Positions 9,714-19,531 of a DNA stretch of 64,000 nucleotides are shown here, piece after piece. Each line of letters opens with the position of its first letter. The first letter of the stretch is position 1. The translations under genes and the position numbers were made by a program. The notes below the pieces were generated by a model. The model was not told where the DNA came from. It did no database searches and worked only from the letters and a program-made list of their open reading frames with translations. The stretch lies in the NCBI GenBank assembly GCA_964529405.1, contig CAZGWE010000003.1:17192-81191 (forward strand), given 5' to 3'. The stretch is from an uncultured Candidatus Saccharibacteria bacterium. Lineage in GTDB: Bacteria; Patescibacteriota; UBA1384; XYA2-FULL-43-10; 1-14-0-10-43-13.

Positions 9714-10628
9714 ATGGCAACAAAAAAACGCGGAACAAGGAGCGAACACAGAGGTCCGGTTATTGAAAATCATAAAGGGCATGAAATCATAGACTGCAAA
9801 GTGTGCAAATTCAAGCACGTCAATCCGATACCCACCGGCCAGGAGATCAATGATTTTTATGCCAGGTTCTACACCGACGAAAAGCCCAACTACTTCAAAG
9901 ATGCCGAGGAGGATCTGGAGTGGTGGCTGGCGGGATATAGGAACTATTACACTTTATTTGAAAAATATACCAAAGGTAGAAAGCTACTCGATATTGGTTC
10001 GGGGCCAGGCTACTTTCTAAAGTGCGGGGCTGATCGCGGCTGGGAGATTGTGGGCTTTGAACCTTCTAAACACGCTTACGATTATTCAACCAAGATGGGA
10101 CTCAAAGTCATCAATGATTATTTTAACATGGCTAAAGCCAAAGCGCTTGGTAAATTCGATGTTGTTTCATTAACCTTGGTTCTCGAACATCTGCCTAACC
10201 CTAAAAAATTGATCGAAGAAGCCAAGAGCATTTTAAACCCGGGGGGGTTACTTCTCATTCTATCGCCTAACGAATTTAACCCGCTTCAAAGGGCTGTAAT
10301 TAAGAGCAATAATTTAGAACCATGGTGGGTCTGCCCGCCGGAGCACATTAATTATTTTGATTTTCCATCTATCAAGAAATTAGTCAAATCCACCGGCCTT
10401 AAAATAGTAGATTCGCTGGCCACTTACCCCATGGAGCTCTTTCTGCTTAACGGCGAGATCTATATTAGCAACCGTGAGATAGGGCGAGGTTGCCATAAAA
10501 AACGAAAATCTTTTGAGATGAACCTCTACCAGCAAGACCCCGAGATCCTAAACAATCTCTACCGCAGCTTTGCCCGAAATAACATCGGCCGGGAATTTAT
10601 TATTATCGCCAAAAAAAATGAAAAATAA
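9714..10628 (+). CDS. class I SAM-dependent methyltransferase with N-terminal Cys-pair zinc-ribbon
   Basis: LLDIGSGPGYF (motif I), LEHLPNP, PGGLLLI motifs; CKVCKF Cys pair near N-terminus. Confidence 0.65.
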   Translation: MATKKRGTRSEHRGPVIENHKGHEIIDCKVCKFKHVNPIPTGQEINDFYARFYTDEKPNYFKDAEEDLEWWLAGYRNYYTLFEKYTKGRKLLDIGSGPGYFLKCGADRGWEIVGFEPSKHAYDYSTKMGLKVINDYFNMAKAKALGKFDVVSLTLVLEHLPNPKKLIEEAKSILNPGGLLLILSPNEFNPLQRAVIKSNNLEPWWVCPPEHINYFDFPSIKKLVKSTGLKIVDSLATYPMELFLLNGEIYISNREIGRGCHKKRKSFEMNLYQQDPEILNNLYRSFARNNIGREFIIIAKKNEK

Positions 10629-11820
10629 GAAGAACAAAATTCATGTCGCCGTGCAAACCAGCTCTATCAATTGGTCAGGTGGGAAGAATTTAGACGCGAA
10701 AATAATCAATGACCATCCGGTTGTATATTGGACAATTAAAAATATTATCGACCATATTCCAGATTCGTCGATCACTGTGGTTGCTCCAGAATTCGATAAA
10801 GACGGCTCCTTTAACACCCTGCCAACCGAGATCAACCACTCGATCTCCCTCTATTTCGGGTTTGACAATAGCCCGCTAGACAGGCTATTGTCAGCTTTTA
10901 ACCTTTTGGGGGACAATGACTATATCCTCCGTATCGACGGATTGAACTTTGGCTTTAATGGAAAAAAAGCTGTCGAGATGTATAAATACGCGCATGAACA
11001 TGAATTAGACTGCCTAAAATTTCCGGACGACTTCCCGATACACTTCACTTTAGATGTTTACCGGCTGGGAGCGCTAAGGCTTGTCAGGAAACTGCTTACA
11101 AAAAGTGATGACGTCTATAAGATCCATCCAAAGTATTATATGTTTATGCATCCGAATAAATTTAAAGTTGCGCATTATACAAATCTGCCGTCGTATCCAG
11201 ATATAAAATTACAAGAACTGCGACAGCTTTATCAATCGGTCTTTGAAATCCGGGAGGGAGATGTTGGCCGTCGAATCAAGACCGGAGATCAGCTTAACTT
11301 TCATTATGAATTAGCAAGTGAATATGTTGCTAAAAAGATGGATGTATTAGACATTGCCTGCGGAGAAGGTTATGGCACAGAAATATTGTCAAGGAGAGCA
11401 AAGCGCGTTATTGGCGCTGACTTAGATGATCCTGCCGTCAGGAAAGCCGCTAAGATACATCAGAATAAAAATCTGGAGTTCAGAATCGAAAATGCTCTCA
11501 GCACCTCATTTGATGACGAAAGCTTCGATATGATTACCAGTATGGAAACAATCGAACACATAAAAGAAGACATGAAGTACCTGAAAGAGATAAGGCGCAT
11601 CTTAAAGAAAGGCGGCTATTTCATCTTTAGCACTCCCCAAAACCGTCTCGGCCACGTTCCAATGAACAACGAGCACGTCCGCGAATACTCTTTGGAAAAA
11701 CTAAAAAAGATTGTCGGGCAGTATTTTACAATTGAAAAAATTATCGGCATCAAACAAGGACGGATTATTTTTTCCAATGACCCGCTTGGCACAAACACTA
11801 TTTTAGTCTGCCGAAAGTAA
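10618..11820 (+). CDS. bifunctional fusion: cytidylyltransferase-like (CMP-sugar synthetase-like) N-domain + class I SAM methyltransferase C-domain
   Basis: The N-terminus IHVAVQTSSINWSGGKNLDAKIINDHPVVYWTI fits the NeuA/CTP_transf_3 pattern. The C-terminus LDIACGEGYGTEIL ... METIEHI ... KKGGYFIFSTP is a Methyltransf_11-type domain. The start is taken at ATG 10618, 16 codons into the longer track ORF that begins at 10570. Confidence 0.55.
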   Translation: MKNKKNKIHVAVQTSSINWSGGKNLDAKIINDHPVVYWTIKNIIDHIPDSSITVVAPEFDKDGSFNTLPTEINHSISLYFGFDNSPLDRLLSAFNLLGDNDYILRIDGLNFGFNGKKAVEMYKYAHEHELDCLKFPDDFPIHFTLDVYRLGALRLVRKLLTKSDDVYKIHPKYYMFMHPNKFKVAHYTNLPSYPDIKLQELRQLYQSVFEIREGDVGRRIKTGDQLNFHYELASEYVAKKMDVLDIACGEGYGTEILSRRAKRVIGADLDDPAVRKAAKIHQNKNLEFRIENALSTSFDDESFDMITSMETIEHIKEDMKYLKEIRRILKKGGYFIFSTPQNRLGHVPMNNEHVREYSLEKLKKIVGQYFTIEKIIGIKQGRIIFSNDPLGTNTILVCRK

Positions 11821-11825
11821 AGTTA

Positions 11826-12953
11826 TTAATCCTCGAAATGACCGGTCGTTAATGGCTCTCGGGCTTTGATCGGTTTTCTAATCTTTCGACCTCGAAATAG
11901 ATGGAAGTTTTTTGGTTCGATTCCGCCCCAAGGACGCAAAGAGATAATTTTATCCTCTGTCACAATGTCGCCAGGCTTCATATCAGCAGCCGCATAAATA
12001 GAGCGTCTGGACCAACGGTCAAATATCTCATCACCTTTGTGCCCCGGCTTGGAAACCGGTTGTTTGATGCCGCCGCCGGAAAGCGCCGCTTCGGTGTTGC
12101 GAACCTCTTTAACAAAACGTTGAAATTCAGACACTTCCATTGAATTTGGGTCGTCATTACTACCACCCTCTCGCTCGTCGGTAATATGTTTTTCAATAAC
12201 GCATGCACCGAGCGCCACTGCCGCGATTGAAGCAGCGATATATGGGGGTTCGGAATGGTCAGAGTAGCCAACCGGTAATTTAAAAGCCTCTCTCAAAGTT
12301 GTGACGGCACGCAGGTTTAGATCAGAGAATTCCGGCGGATACATTGAAATGCAATGCATCAAAACGATCTGATTATTGCCAGCATCTCGGATAACTTTGA
12401 CAGCATGCGCCACCTCCTCCAAGTCAGCCATACCAGTAGAGAGAATAATCGGACGACCCTTCCCGGCAATATGAGTTAACAGAATATCATCAACGAGTTC
12501 ATAAGAACCAACTTTATAAGCACCGACATTAGCTTCGTCCAAGATATCAACCGCCTCTTTATCAAAGGGAGTCGAGAGGAAGATAATGCCAATCTTTTTG
12601 GCATAAACCGCAAGTTTATCTGTCCACTCGTACGGCATTTCAGCTGATTTAAAGAAACCGGAGAGCGTACCAACATTCTTGCCATTCCAATTATCAAAGA
12701 CTTCTACATCGGCGGCGATCTTATCGTGAGTTATGTGTTGAAATTTGACTACATCCGCACCTGCTTCTTTGGCTTTATCAATCAACTTGTAAGCATTGTT
12801 GATATCACCTCTATGGTTAGCGCCAACTTCCGCAATAATTAAAGTTGGCTGTCCATGACCGATAAGCCGGTCTCCAATTTTGATTGTCTCTAACGGTTCA
12901 AAATTCAGCTGTTTCGGTAAACTTTTATAAAATTTATCTCTTTCTTTGCCCAT
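11826..12953 (-). CDS. N-acetylneuraminate/pseudaminic acid synthase family (NeuB/PseI-like) with C-terminal SAF domain
   Basis: 375 aa; TLIIAEVGANHRGD, GADVVKFQ, ILSTGM, VGYSDHS motifs of NeuB TIM-barrel; C-terminal SAF-like tail. Confidence 0.8.
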   Translation of the reverse strand: MGKERDKFYKSLPKQLNFEPLETIKIGDRLIGHGQPTLIIAEVGANHRGDINNAYKLIDKAKEAGADVVKFQHITHDKIAADVEVFDNWNGKNVGTLSGFFKSAEMPYEWTDKLAVYAKKIGIIFLSTPFDKEAVDILDEANVGAYKVGSYELVDDILLTHIAGKGRPIILSTGMADLEEVAHAVKVIRDAGNNQIVLMHCISMYPPEFSDLNLRAVTTLREAFKLPVGYSDHSEPPYIAASIAAVALGACVIEKHITDEREGGSNDDPNSMEVSEFQRFVKEVRNTEAALSGGGIKQPVSKPGHKGDEIFDRWSRRSIYAAADMKPGDIVTEDKIISLRPWGGIEPKNFHLFRGRKIRKPIKAREPLTTGHFED

Positions 12954-13312
12954 ATTATCGAGCTCCCTTTTATCCGCTTATTCCCAATAATGATACTAAA
13001 TTTACTGATCATGGTCAATCTAATGTCAAATACCAATCGCGTACCGCGTAATGTGAAACTGCTCATACATTAGATAAACGTTTAACATTAATTGATACAA
13101 GCCGCGAGATATAGTTGTGCTGCGGCAATAAAAAAGGTATAGTTATCGCCAAGACTAGTACCGTAAGGAAGAGATCAATGGGTTCCGCCAACAGAAGAGT
13201 CGTAATCGAGTTGCAATGTTTGCAATTGTCCCGTTTTTGACTTAATATTAAGTACGTCCACCAGATTATTTATGGCACAAAGTTCTAACAAGTATCATTA
13301 GGCAATCTTATT

Positions 13313-14551
13313 ATGGGCAACACTAATAATAAAACCATACTTTTACTTGGCGCAGGAGCCGAACAACAGATCGCGATCGAGCTGGCAAAGGAGATGGGAT
13401 ATCGCGTGGTGGCTGCTGACGGCAATCCCAAAGCTCCCGGACTGGCTCTGGCCGATGTCGCCATTGCCGATGACATTAAAAATATTGAAAAGATGATTGA
13501 GGTCGGCAAAAAGCACAAAGTTGATGGGGTAATGACCCATGGGGTCGAAATCCCCCACATCATCTCTCGAATAGCCAAGGCCCTAAACTTACCGGGAATC
13601 GATCCGGAGATTGCCGACCGGACTACGTTTAAATCGGAGCGCATTAAGTATTTAAAAAGGGCCGGCATCAATGTCCCGGAATTTGTGGCTGTTAAGACCG
13701 TAAGCGAGGCTAAAAAGGCTGCTAAAAAGATCGGTTATCCGGTCGTAATCAAGCCGACGGATAACGCCGGTGCCAGGGGCGTAAAAGTTGTCAATAACGC
13801 CGCTGAACTCGAAAAGGCCTTTAACGAATCGCTTGGCTACTCCCATAACCGGGAGATTCTAATTGAACAACTGCTAAGCGGATTAGAGATCAGCACCGAG
13901 TCGTTGGTTTATAACGGCAAAATCTACACCACCGGCTTTGGGGATCGGAACTACTCAAGGAACATTGAATTTTATCCTTATTTTGTTGAGGATGGCCACA
14001 ATGTCCCCTCCGCCCTGCCGGCCGAAACCCAGAGAAAGATTATCTCCGAAGTCGAAAAGACAATCCGGGCCCTTGGTATTACCTGGGGCGTTGCTAAAGG
14101 CGATATCCTGGTAAACAAGAGCGATGACAAGGTTTATGTTCTTGAAATGGCCTCGCGGACCAGCGGAGGCTGGTTCTGCGCCGGCACCGTACCCCTGGCC
14201 ACCGGCGTCCACATTCTGAAACCCCTGATTAAAATGAGTGTTGGCGACCCTGTTGATGAAAACGACCTTAAACCAACCAAAGATCTGGCTGCCTGCCAAA
14301 GATATGTTATTCCAAGCCGTGACGGTACATTTATTAGAATTGAAGGTGTCAAAAAGGCCGGAAAGATGCCTGGAGTGGAGATGCTGGTGATATTCAAGCA
14401 ACCCAAGCGGGGCGAGTTAATCCACAAATCGACCAACCATTCGGAGAGGTTCGGCCAATTAATTGCTGTTGGCAAGGATGTGAAAGACGCCACCAAGAAG
14501 TGCGAAGAAGCCATCAGTTGTATCAGGGTGGTACTGGGTAAGGTTGAATAA
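13313..14551 (+). CDS. ATP-grasp domain enzyme (carboxylate-amine ligase-like)
   Basis: 412 aa; TILLLGAGAEQ pre-ATP-grasp, GYPVVIKPTDNAGARGV and LVLEMASR ATP-grasp motifs. Confidence 0.6.
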   Translation: MGNTNNKTILLLGAGAEQQIAIELAKEMGYRVVAADGNPKAPGLALADVAIADDIKNIEKMIEVGKKHKVDGVMTHGVEIPHIISRIAKALNLPGIDPEIADRTTFKSERIKYLKRAGINVPEFVAVKTVSEAKKAAKKIGYPVVIKPTDNAGARGVKVVNNAAELEKAFNESLGYSHNREILIEQLLSGLEISTESLVYNGKIYTTGFGDRNYSRNIEFYPYFVEDGHNVPSALPAETQRKIISEVEKTIRALGITWGVAKGDILVNKSDDKVYVLEMASRTSGGWFCAGTVPLATGVHILKPLIKMSVGDPVDENDLKPTKDLAACQRYVIPSRDGTFIRIEGVKKAGKMPGVEMLVIFKQPKRGELIHKSTNHSERFGQLIAVGKDVKDATKKCEEAISCIRVVLGKVE

Positions 14552-14573
14552 TATTACTTACAGGCTAGAATAA

Positions 14574-15458
14574 ATGGATTCAAGACAAAGAGAGAAGCTA
14601 AGAAAATATTTTGCCCAAGACCTTGGTTGGGGCTGGGCCAGAAATTATCAGGCGAAGAGAGTCTTTGATTTTCTGATTGAGGCTGCCGACTTCTGCCGAG
14701 GAGGAATTGTTCTCGATGCAGGCGCCGGACATCAACGTTACCGGCCATTTTTTGATCAATCACTCTATCTGTCCCAGGAACATGAAAGCGGTGTCAACTT
14801 TAAAGGCATGAACAATATCAACTACGACCTTATCAGTCCGGTTGATGTCAAAATACCACTTAAAGACAATTGTTTAGACGGAGTACTATCAACTTCTGTC
14901 ATTGAGCATATGGAGAATCCCCGAGAGTTCTGCAAGGAAGCTTATCGGGTGCTGAAACCGGGCGGCAAGCTGTTTATTAATGTGCCCTTCTCTATCATCG
15001 AGCACGAAAGACCATTCGATTTTACCCGGCCTACGCGCTACGCCTTGAAAAAATGGATGGAAGAGGCCGGTTTTAGTGATTTCCTGATTGAGCCATCGTC
15101 CTCCTGCACCGAAACAGTCTGCAATGTGCTGCCCATAACCGTTTACTGCGACTTTTTACAAACAGACCAGGGCTACAAAAAAAATTTGGCTGAAAATTTT
15201 GCCAGCTCTAAAAACATAATCGTAAAGCTATATTATACTTTCAGGGTTTTTGTGGCTGCTATCCTCTATCTAGCCACCAAAATACTAAGCTTTCTCTTAA
15301 AACTGTTAATTGACCGCGGACCATACGATAAGGCGCTGTTGCCGGTTGGCTGGATTGTTGTCGCCACTAAACAAGGCAAGATAACGCAAAATAGCAAAAC
15401 ACCGGATCGAAAAACTTTCTTGGCCAAGTTTGCCCTAGCCGATAAAAAGACAAGATGA
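14574..15458 (+). CDS. class I SAM-dependent methyltransferase with C-terminal membrane helix
   Basis: VLDAGAGHQ, IEHMENP, LKPGGKLFINVP motifs; hydrophobic C-terminal segment. Confidence 0.6.
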   Translation: MDSRQREKLRKYFAQDLGWGWARNYQAKRVFDFLIEAADFCRGGIVLDAGAGHQRYRPFFDQSLYLSQEHESGVNFKGMNNINYDLISPVDVKIPLKDNCLDGVLSTSVIEHMENPREFCKEAYRVLKPGGKLFINVPFSIIEHERPFDFTRPTRYALKKWMEEAGFSDFLIEPSSSCTETVCNVLPITVYCDFLQTDQGYKKNLAENFASSKNIIVKLYYTFRVFVAAILYLATKILSFLLKLLIDRGPYDKALLPVGWIVVATKQGKITQNSKTPDRKTFLAKFALADKKTR

Positions 15459-16438
15459 ATATTCAGAAACTCATCGAAAGCTATCTCGACATGGAGGCAT
15501 ATGGCAGCAATATTATTATCAAGGAATATTGCCGATTTCCCAAATGCCTTCCCTTGCCTTGCCATATGGAACATGGCTGGACTCCGATTCCCAATGCTCT
15601 GGTTACGGATTTAGTTATTGCCAGCAAGAAAAATATTATGCTGGTTTTCAGTGATCGGCGATTAAAATTTTGGCAAAAAGCCAGCAAGGTTCCGGTTTAT
15701 GTTATTGGCGCACCGTTCGTTCACTATCGCCGGATGGCCAACATTACCCCAAACCCAAAATCTCGAGGTACCATAGTTTTTCCAAGTCATTCAACGATCT
15801 TTTTGCAAAGCCAATACAATATCGATGAATACTGCAACAAACTGAAAAATCTACCCATGAAATTTCATCCAATTACTATCTGCTTACTCTACCCCGATAT
15901 CAAATTAGGTCGGGATAAGGAGTATCGAAAACGCGGCTTCAAGGTGGTCTCGGCTGGAAGAAAATTACGGGGCAGTAAAAAATTTCCGTTTAACTTTTAT
16001 AAAATTCTCGCCAACCACAAATATGCCACCTCAAACGAAATAGGCACATATACTTTTTATTCGATTGAGTTTGGCCTGCCATTCTTTCTGTCTGGCGATG
16101 AGCCAACAGTCGTTAACATTGGCGACAAAGATCCCAACAGCCATGGCAGTGGAAAAAATAGCGATTATGCCTTGGGCAAAAAGGTATTTGATTTATTCAA
16201 TGTTGGGACAAATGCCGTCATTACACCCGAGCAGCAGCAGCTAGTTAAAGACGAACTTGGCATAGAAAATCACATCGACCCCAAAAAGCTAAATAAGATA
16301 CTCTGGTCCAACACCAGAAATTTGCGTTATTGGCTAAAGTACGTACCAATGTACTGCCTGTTAACTTTTATTAAATTTGTCATCCCGCAAAATCTTGCTT
16401 ACTGGATTATTGAACGCAAGAACAAAAAGCCTGCTTGA
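15455..16438 (+). CDS. hypothetical protein (possible glycosyl/sialyl-transferase-like)
   Basis: 327-aa complete ORF with a 4-nt overlap with the upstream gene (operon-like). No motif I can name. Context only. Confidence 0.3.
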   Translation: MNIQKLIESYLDMEAYGSNIIIKEYCRFPKCLPLPCHMEHGWTPIPNALVTDLVIASKKNIMLVFSDRRLKFWQKASKVPVYVIGAPFVHYRRMANITPNPKSRGTIVFPSHSTIFLQSQYNIDEYCNKLKNLPMKFHPITICLLYPDIKLGRDKEYRKRGFKVVSAGRKLRGSKKFPFNFYKILANHKYATSNEIGTYTFYSIEFGLPFFLSGDEPTVVNIGDKDPNSHGSGKNSDYALGKKVFDLFNVGTNAVITPEQQQLVKDELGIENHIDPKKLNKILWSNTRNLRYWLKYVPMYCLLTFIKFVIPQNLAYWIIERKNKKPA

Positions 16439-16645
16439 CAGGAGTTAGCAAAAGCGCGATGTACTAAATCGGCTTGAACAATCTTATGGTTGTTGATTGC
16501 CGATTCGGCAATCAGTTCCCAACCCAAGCCGCCAGCAGATGCGCGATATTTGCATCACCGCTAATTAGATGGTATCTTGGGCAAAATAGATCAAAAAAAC
16601 AAAAACGTTTTATCAGCACATTAACCCAAGAGATAGAGATAAGAG

Positions 16646-19531
16646 ATGATGCCTTTCAGAGCGGAAAGTATCAAGCTGATATTTCGAGGAGGGGTTTTAG
16701 GATTATGGAGTTACTCTTCGTTTCTTTTTTTTTATGTTATTCTAAATCTTAATTACGTCCTGGCTGCCCTGTCCGGCCTGGTTGTTTATTGGCTCTTTGA
16801 CCTCCTGCTGTCGCAGCACGAACAACATTCTATCCAAAAGATTACATCTAAATTACTTTTAATACCGGCGGGTCTCTTTGTTGTCTGGGGGCTGGTCGGT
16901 CGTCTTAGCTTCTCCCCTGTTTTTGCCAACGCTCTGGTTGTCCTGCTGTTTTTAGCGGGCTATTTTGTCGGACCTGTTTATTACGAAGCCAGAAAAAAGG
17001 AAATCGACTTTCTGTTCTATCGTTACCGCTTTGTCTTAAACTACTGTCTGATTGGTTTTGGCTCAATTGTTTTAGAGTTAATAATCGCTACCACCCTAAA
17101 CCGATTTCTTAATCTCAACGTGATGCTTGGCAGCGTCATCGGCTTTATCTTTGGCGTTCTCTTCAGCTACATCCTTAATTCAAGGTTGAACTTTCAGGTA
17201 CCTAAGAAAAAGAGCGTCAAAACCTTTAAAATGTTTGCTCTCATCTCTCTTTTCAGTTATTCGCTTAGCATAATCCTGCTGCAATTGATCAGCAGCGTTA
17301 TGGACTTTGAATATTTCTATCTTCGCTTTTTAATTGCCGGTGTCCTCTTTGCCATCGGCTATACTTTACATCGCCGCTACACTTTTACCGACATTAAGTA
17401 TGTTGGCGTTGCCCTTTACCTCGACCCAAAAGAGAGCACCGACGATGTCTGGAACAAGATCCAGGATTACCCCGACTTCATCCACATCGACTTGGTTGAC
17501 CAGACCTATAACCCCAAATTCACGCCGGAGAACATTGATGTCAGCAAAGGTTACGACATCAAGTCTAAGTGGTTCGGCATCAAAACCATGACGCACGTTA
17601 TGTCCAAGTTCCCCTCCAAGTGGATCTCTGAAATTGCCGGCTTCTCCGACGTTATTATTGTCCACTATGAAATCGAAGAGAGTCTGAATGAGGTTATTGA
17701 AAGCATCAAAAAACTGAATAAGAAGGTTGGATTATCGATTCTCTACTCGACCGATATTGAATTAATCCGGCCATATCTCAAAGAAATGGACGTGGTTCAG
17801 GTCTTAGGTATTGCCCAACCGGGCATGTCCGGCCAGTTCTTGCAAAAAACCGCTCTGGAGCGATTGGTTAAACTCAATGCGATCAAGAAAGATTACAGTT
17901 TCGAGATTTGTTTTGACGGCGGTATCAAGCGCGAAAATATTGACAGCATCACCGCTAAATACGTCGTCTCGGCTTCCTCAATTTTGAACGCCAACGATCC
18001 GGTCAACGCCATCTTTGACTTAAAAACCAGCTCCCGCTACTTCTCGCAACGGGCATCGCTTAAAGATTTCCTCTCCAAGCGGATTTTAAACATAGGCGAG
18101 AACGAGCCTTCCATTGCCTCGATCAACATTGTCGGCTCATTTTCCGAAAAAGATGACCTCTCCGGCATCAGCGATATCGATATCGTTATCATTGCTGACG
18201 AACTCAACAAGGAAAAGTACGCCGATATCGTCAACCAGTTTAACCTGCTCAAGGAACAGATCGAGACCGACTACAGCTTGAGAGCCAAGATTAATGACAC
18301 CTTTGGCCCGCTCAAGTTTGACGACCGGTACGACGTCGTTCTGCACCTCATGATTTATGACACCAGGGGCCATCTTGACCACTGTGTCAAAAGCCCTTTC
18401 ACCGTCCTCGACTGGGAGAGAAGCCGGATGTATGCCAAGAAACCGATGAAAGAGATTATTGCCACCTTAAAACCCCAGCCCAACCAGCTGATGAGCTCGC
18501 GAAGAAGTCTTGACAGCTACTTGCGGGATCTGCGGCAGGGCAACATTACCTACCGCCAATATTCATTTAACGGATCAGAAAAAACACTGCAAGAGATTGC
18601 CAAGACCAAGAGAATGGCCGGCAAAGACAAGGTTGAATACGCCTTTCATATTATGAAGTTTATGATTTTGAATTTTATGAAGATCTACTCCGGCCAAAAT
18701 ATGCGCTTCTCCGAGGAGGTGATACAAAGTTTCTTCGGTCTGACCGATATGAACCGTAAATATCTGTCGCTTTTTAATGAATTGCACCGCAGAAAGTTGA
18801 ACAAAAGGACGGAGATCAGCGAGGAGGAGATCTGGCAATTACAGCTCTTCCTGCTGGAGTTTAAGATGGTTTTCGAAAAGGTCTTCCATCTGATGGGCAA
18901 AAGCGTCATTCTGATGCGCCACGCCCAAACCGAGTTAAACAAGAAAAAGGTCTTTCTGGGCCAACGGCATGATCCGGATATTATCACCGAGCCGATTAAG
19001 GACAAGATTGCCTCACTGTCCTCGTCTTTATCCGATATCGATATTGTTTACTCCTCTCCAATGCGGCGGGCACTGGAAACGGCCCGGCTGGTTAACAAAC
19101 CGCTCAAGCGCGAGATGGTGGTCAACTACGACATCAATGAGATAGACTATGGCGATATCGACGGCCAAGAGTTTGCTTATCTATTTAAAAATTATCCCGA
19201 TATTGTTAAAGCTTGGGAGAGGGGCGAGGATCCCAAGTTCCCCAACGGCGAAAATTACGCCGACCTTCTGGAGCGCCTGGACCGGTTCTGGCAATCGCTT
19301 CAAGAAAGAAATGACCGATGGTGCGGCAAGATCCTGGTTGTAACCCACAACGTCATCATGAGGGCAGTCGCCGGCCGGTCGCTGGGCATACCGCAGAAAT
19401 ATTGGCATAAAATCAACATTGACCATTTAGAAACCTTCGAACTTTTTATGGCCGGGAACGGTATTATACATTTGAATCTTGAGGGTGACCAGATCGCTAA
19501 AATATATTATAATATTTATACCAATGATTGA
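16646..19531 (+). CDS. four-part fusion: GtrA-like membrane N-domain + ribulose-phosphate-3-epimerase-like TIM barrel + Pol-beta-type nucleotidyltransferase + histidine phosphatase (PGM-family)
   Basis: N-terminal polytopic region; the RPE-like segment has IHIDLVDQTYNPKFT, QPGMSGQF and CFDGGIK; the NTase segment has GSFSEKDDLSGISDIDIVII; the histidine-phosphatase segment has ILMRHAQTELN (RHG motif) plus a conserved C-terminal His region. The exact start is uncertain. Confidence 0.5.
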   Translation: MMPFRAESIKLIFRGGVLGLWSYSSFLFFYVILNLNYVLAALSGLVVYWLFDLLLSQHEQHSIQKITSKLLLIPAGLFVVWGLVGRLSFSPVFANALVVLLFLAGYFVGPVYYEARKKEIDFLFYRYRFVLNYCLIGFGSIVLELIIATTLNRFLNLNVMLGSVIGFIFGVLFSYILNSRLNFQVPKKKSVKTFKMFALISLFSYSLSIILLQLISSVMDFEYFYLRFLIAGVLFAIGYTLHRRYTFTDIKYVGVALYLDPKESTDDVWNKIQDYPDFIHIDLVDQTYNPKFTPENIDVSKGYDIKSKWFGIKTMTHVMSKFPSKWISEIAGFSDVIIVHYEIEESLNEVIESIKKLNKKVGLSILYSTDIELIRPYLKEMDVVQVLGIAQPGMSGQFLQKTALERLVKLNAIKKDYSFEICFDGGIKRENIDSITAKYVVSASSILNANDPVNAIFDLKTSSRYFSQRASLKDFLSKRILNIGENEPSIASINIVGSFSEKDDLSGISDIDIVIIADELNKEKYADIVNQFNLLKEQIETDYSLRAKINDTFGPLKFDDRYDVVLHLMIYDTRGHLDHCVKSPFTVLDWERSRMYAKKPMKEIIATLKPQPNQLMSSRRSLDSYLRDLRQGNITYRQYSFNGSEKTLQEIAKTKRMAGKDKVEYAFHIMKFMILNFMKIYSGQNMRFSEEVIQSFFGLTDMNRKYLSLFNELHRRKLNKRTEISEEEIWQLQLFLLEFKMVFEKVFHLMGKSVILMRHAQTELNKKKVFLGQRHDPDIITEPIKDKIASLSSSLSDIDIVYSSPMRRALETARLVNKPLKREMVVNYDINEIDYGDIDGQEFAYLFKNYPDIVKAWERGEDPKFPNGENYADLLERLDRFWQSLQERNDRWCGKILVVTHNVIMRAVAGRSLGIPQKYWHKINIDHLETFELFMAGNGIIHLNLEGDQIAKIYYNIYTND

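Noticed and set aside
10570-10617. Upstream extension of the cytidylyltransferase-methyltransferase fusion ORF overlapping the preceding methyltransferase by 59 nt
   Set aside because: The internal ATG at 10618 gives a canonical N-terminus (MKNKKNK-IHVAV...) and removes the overlap.
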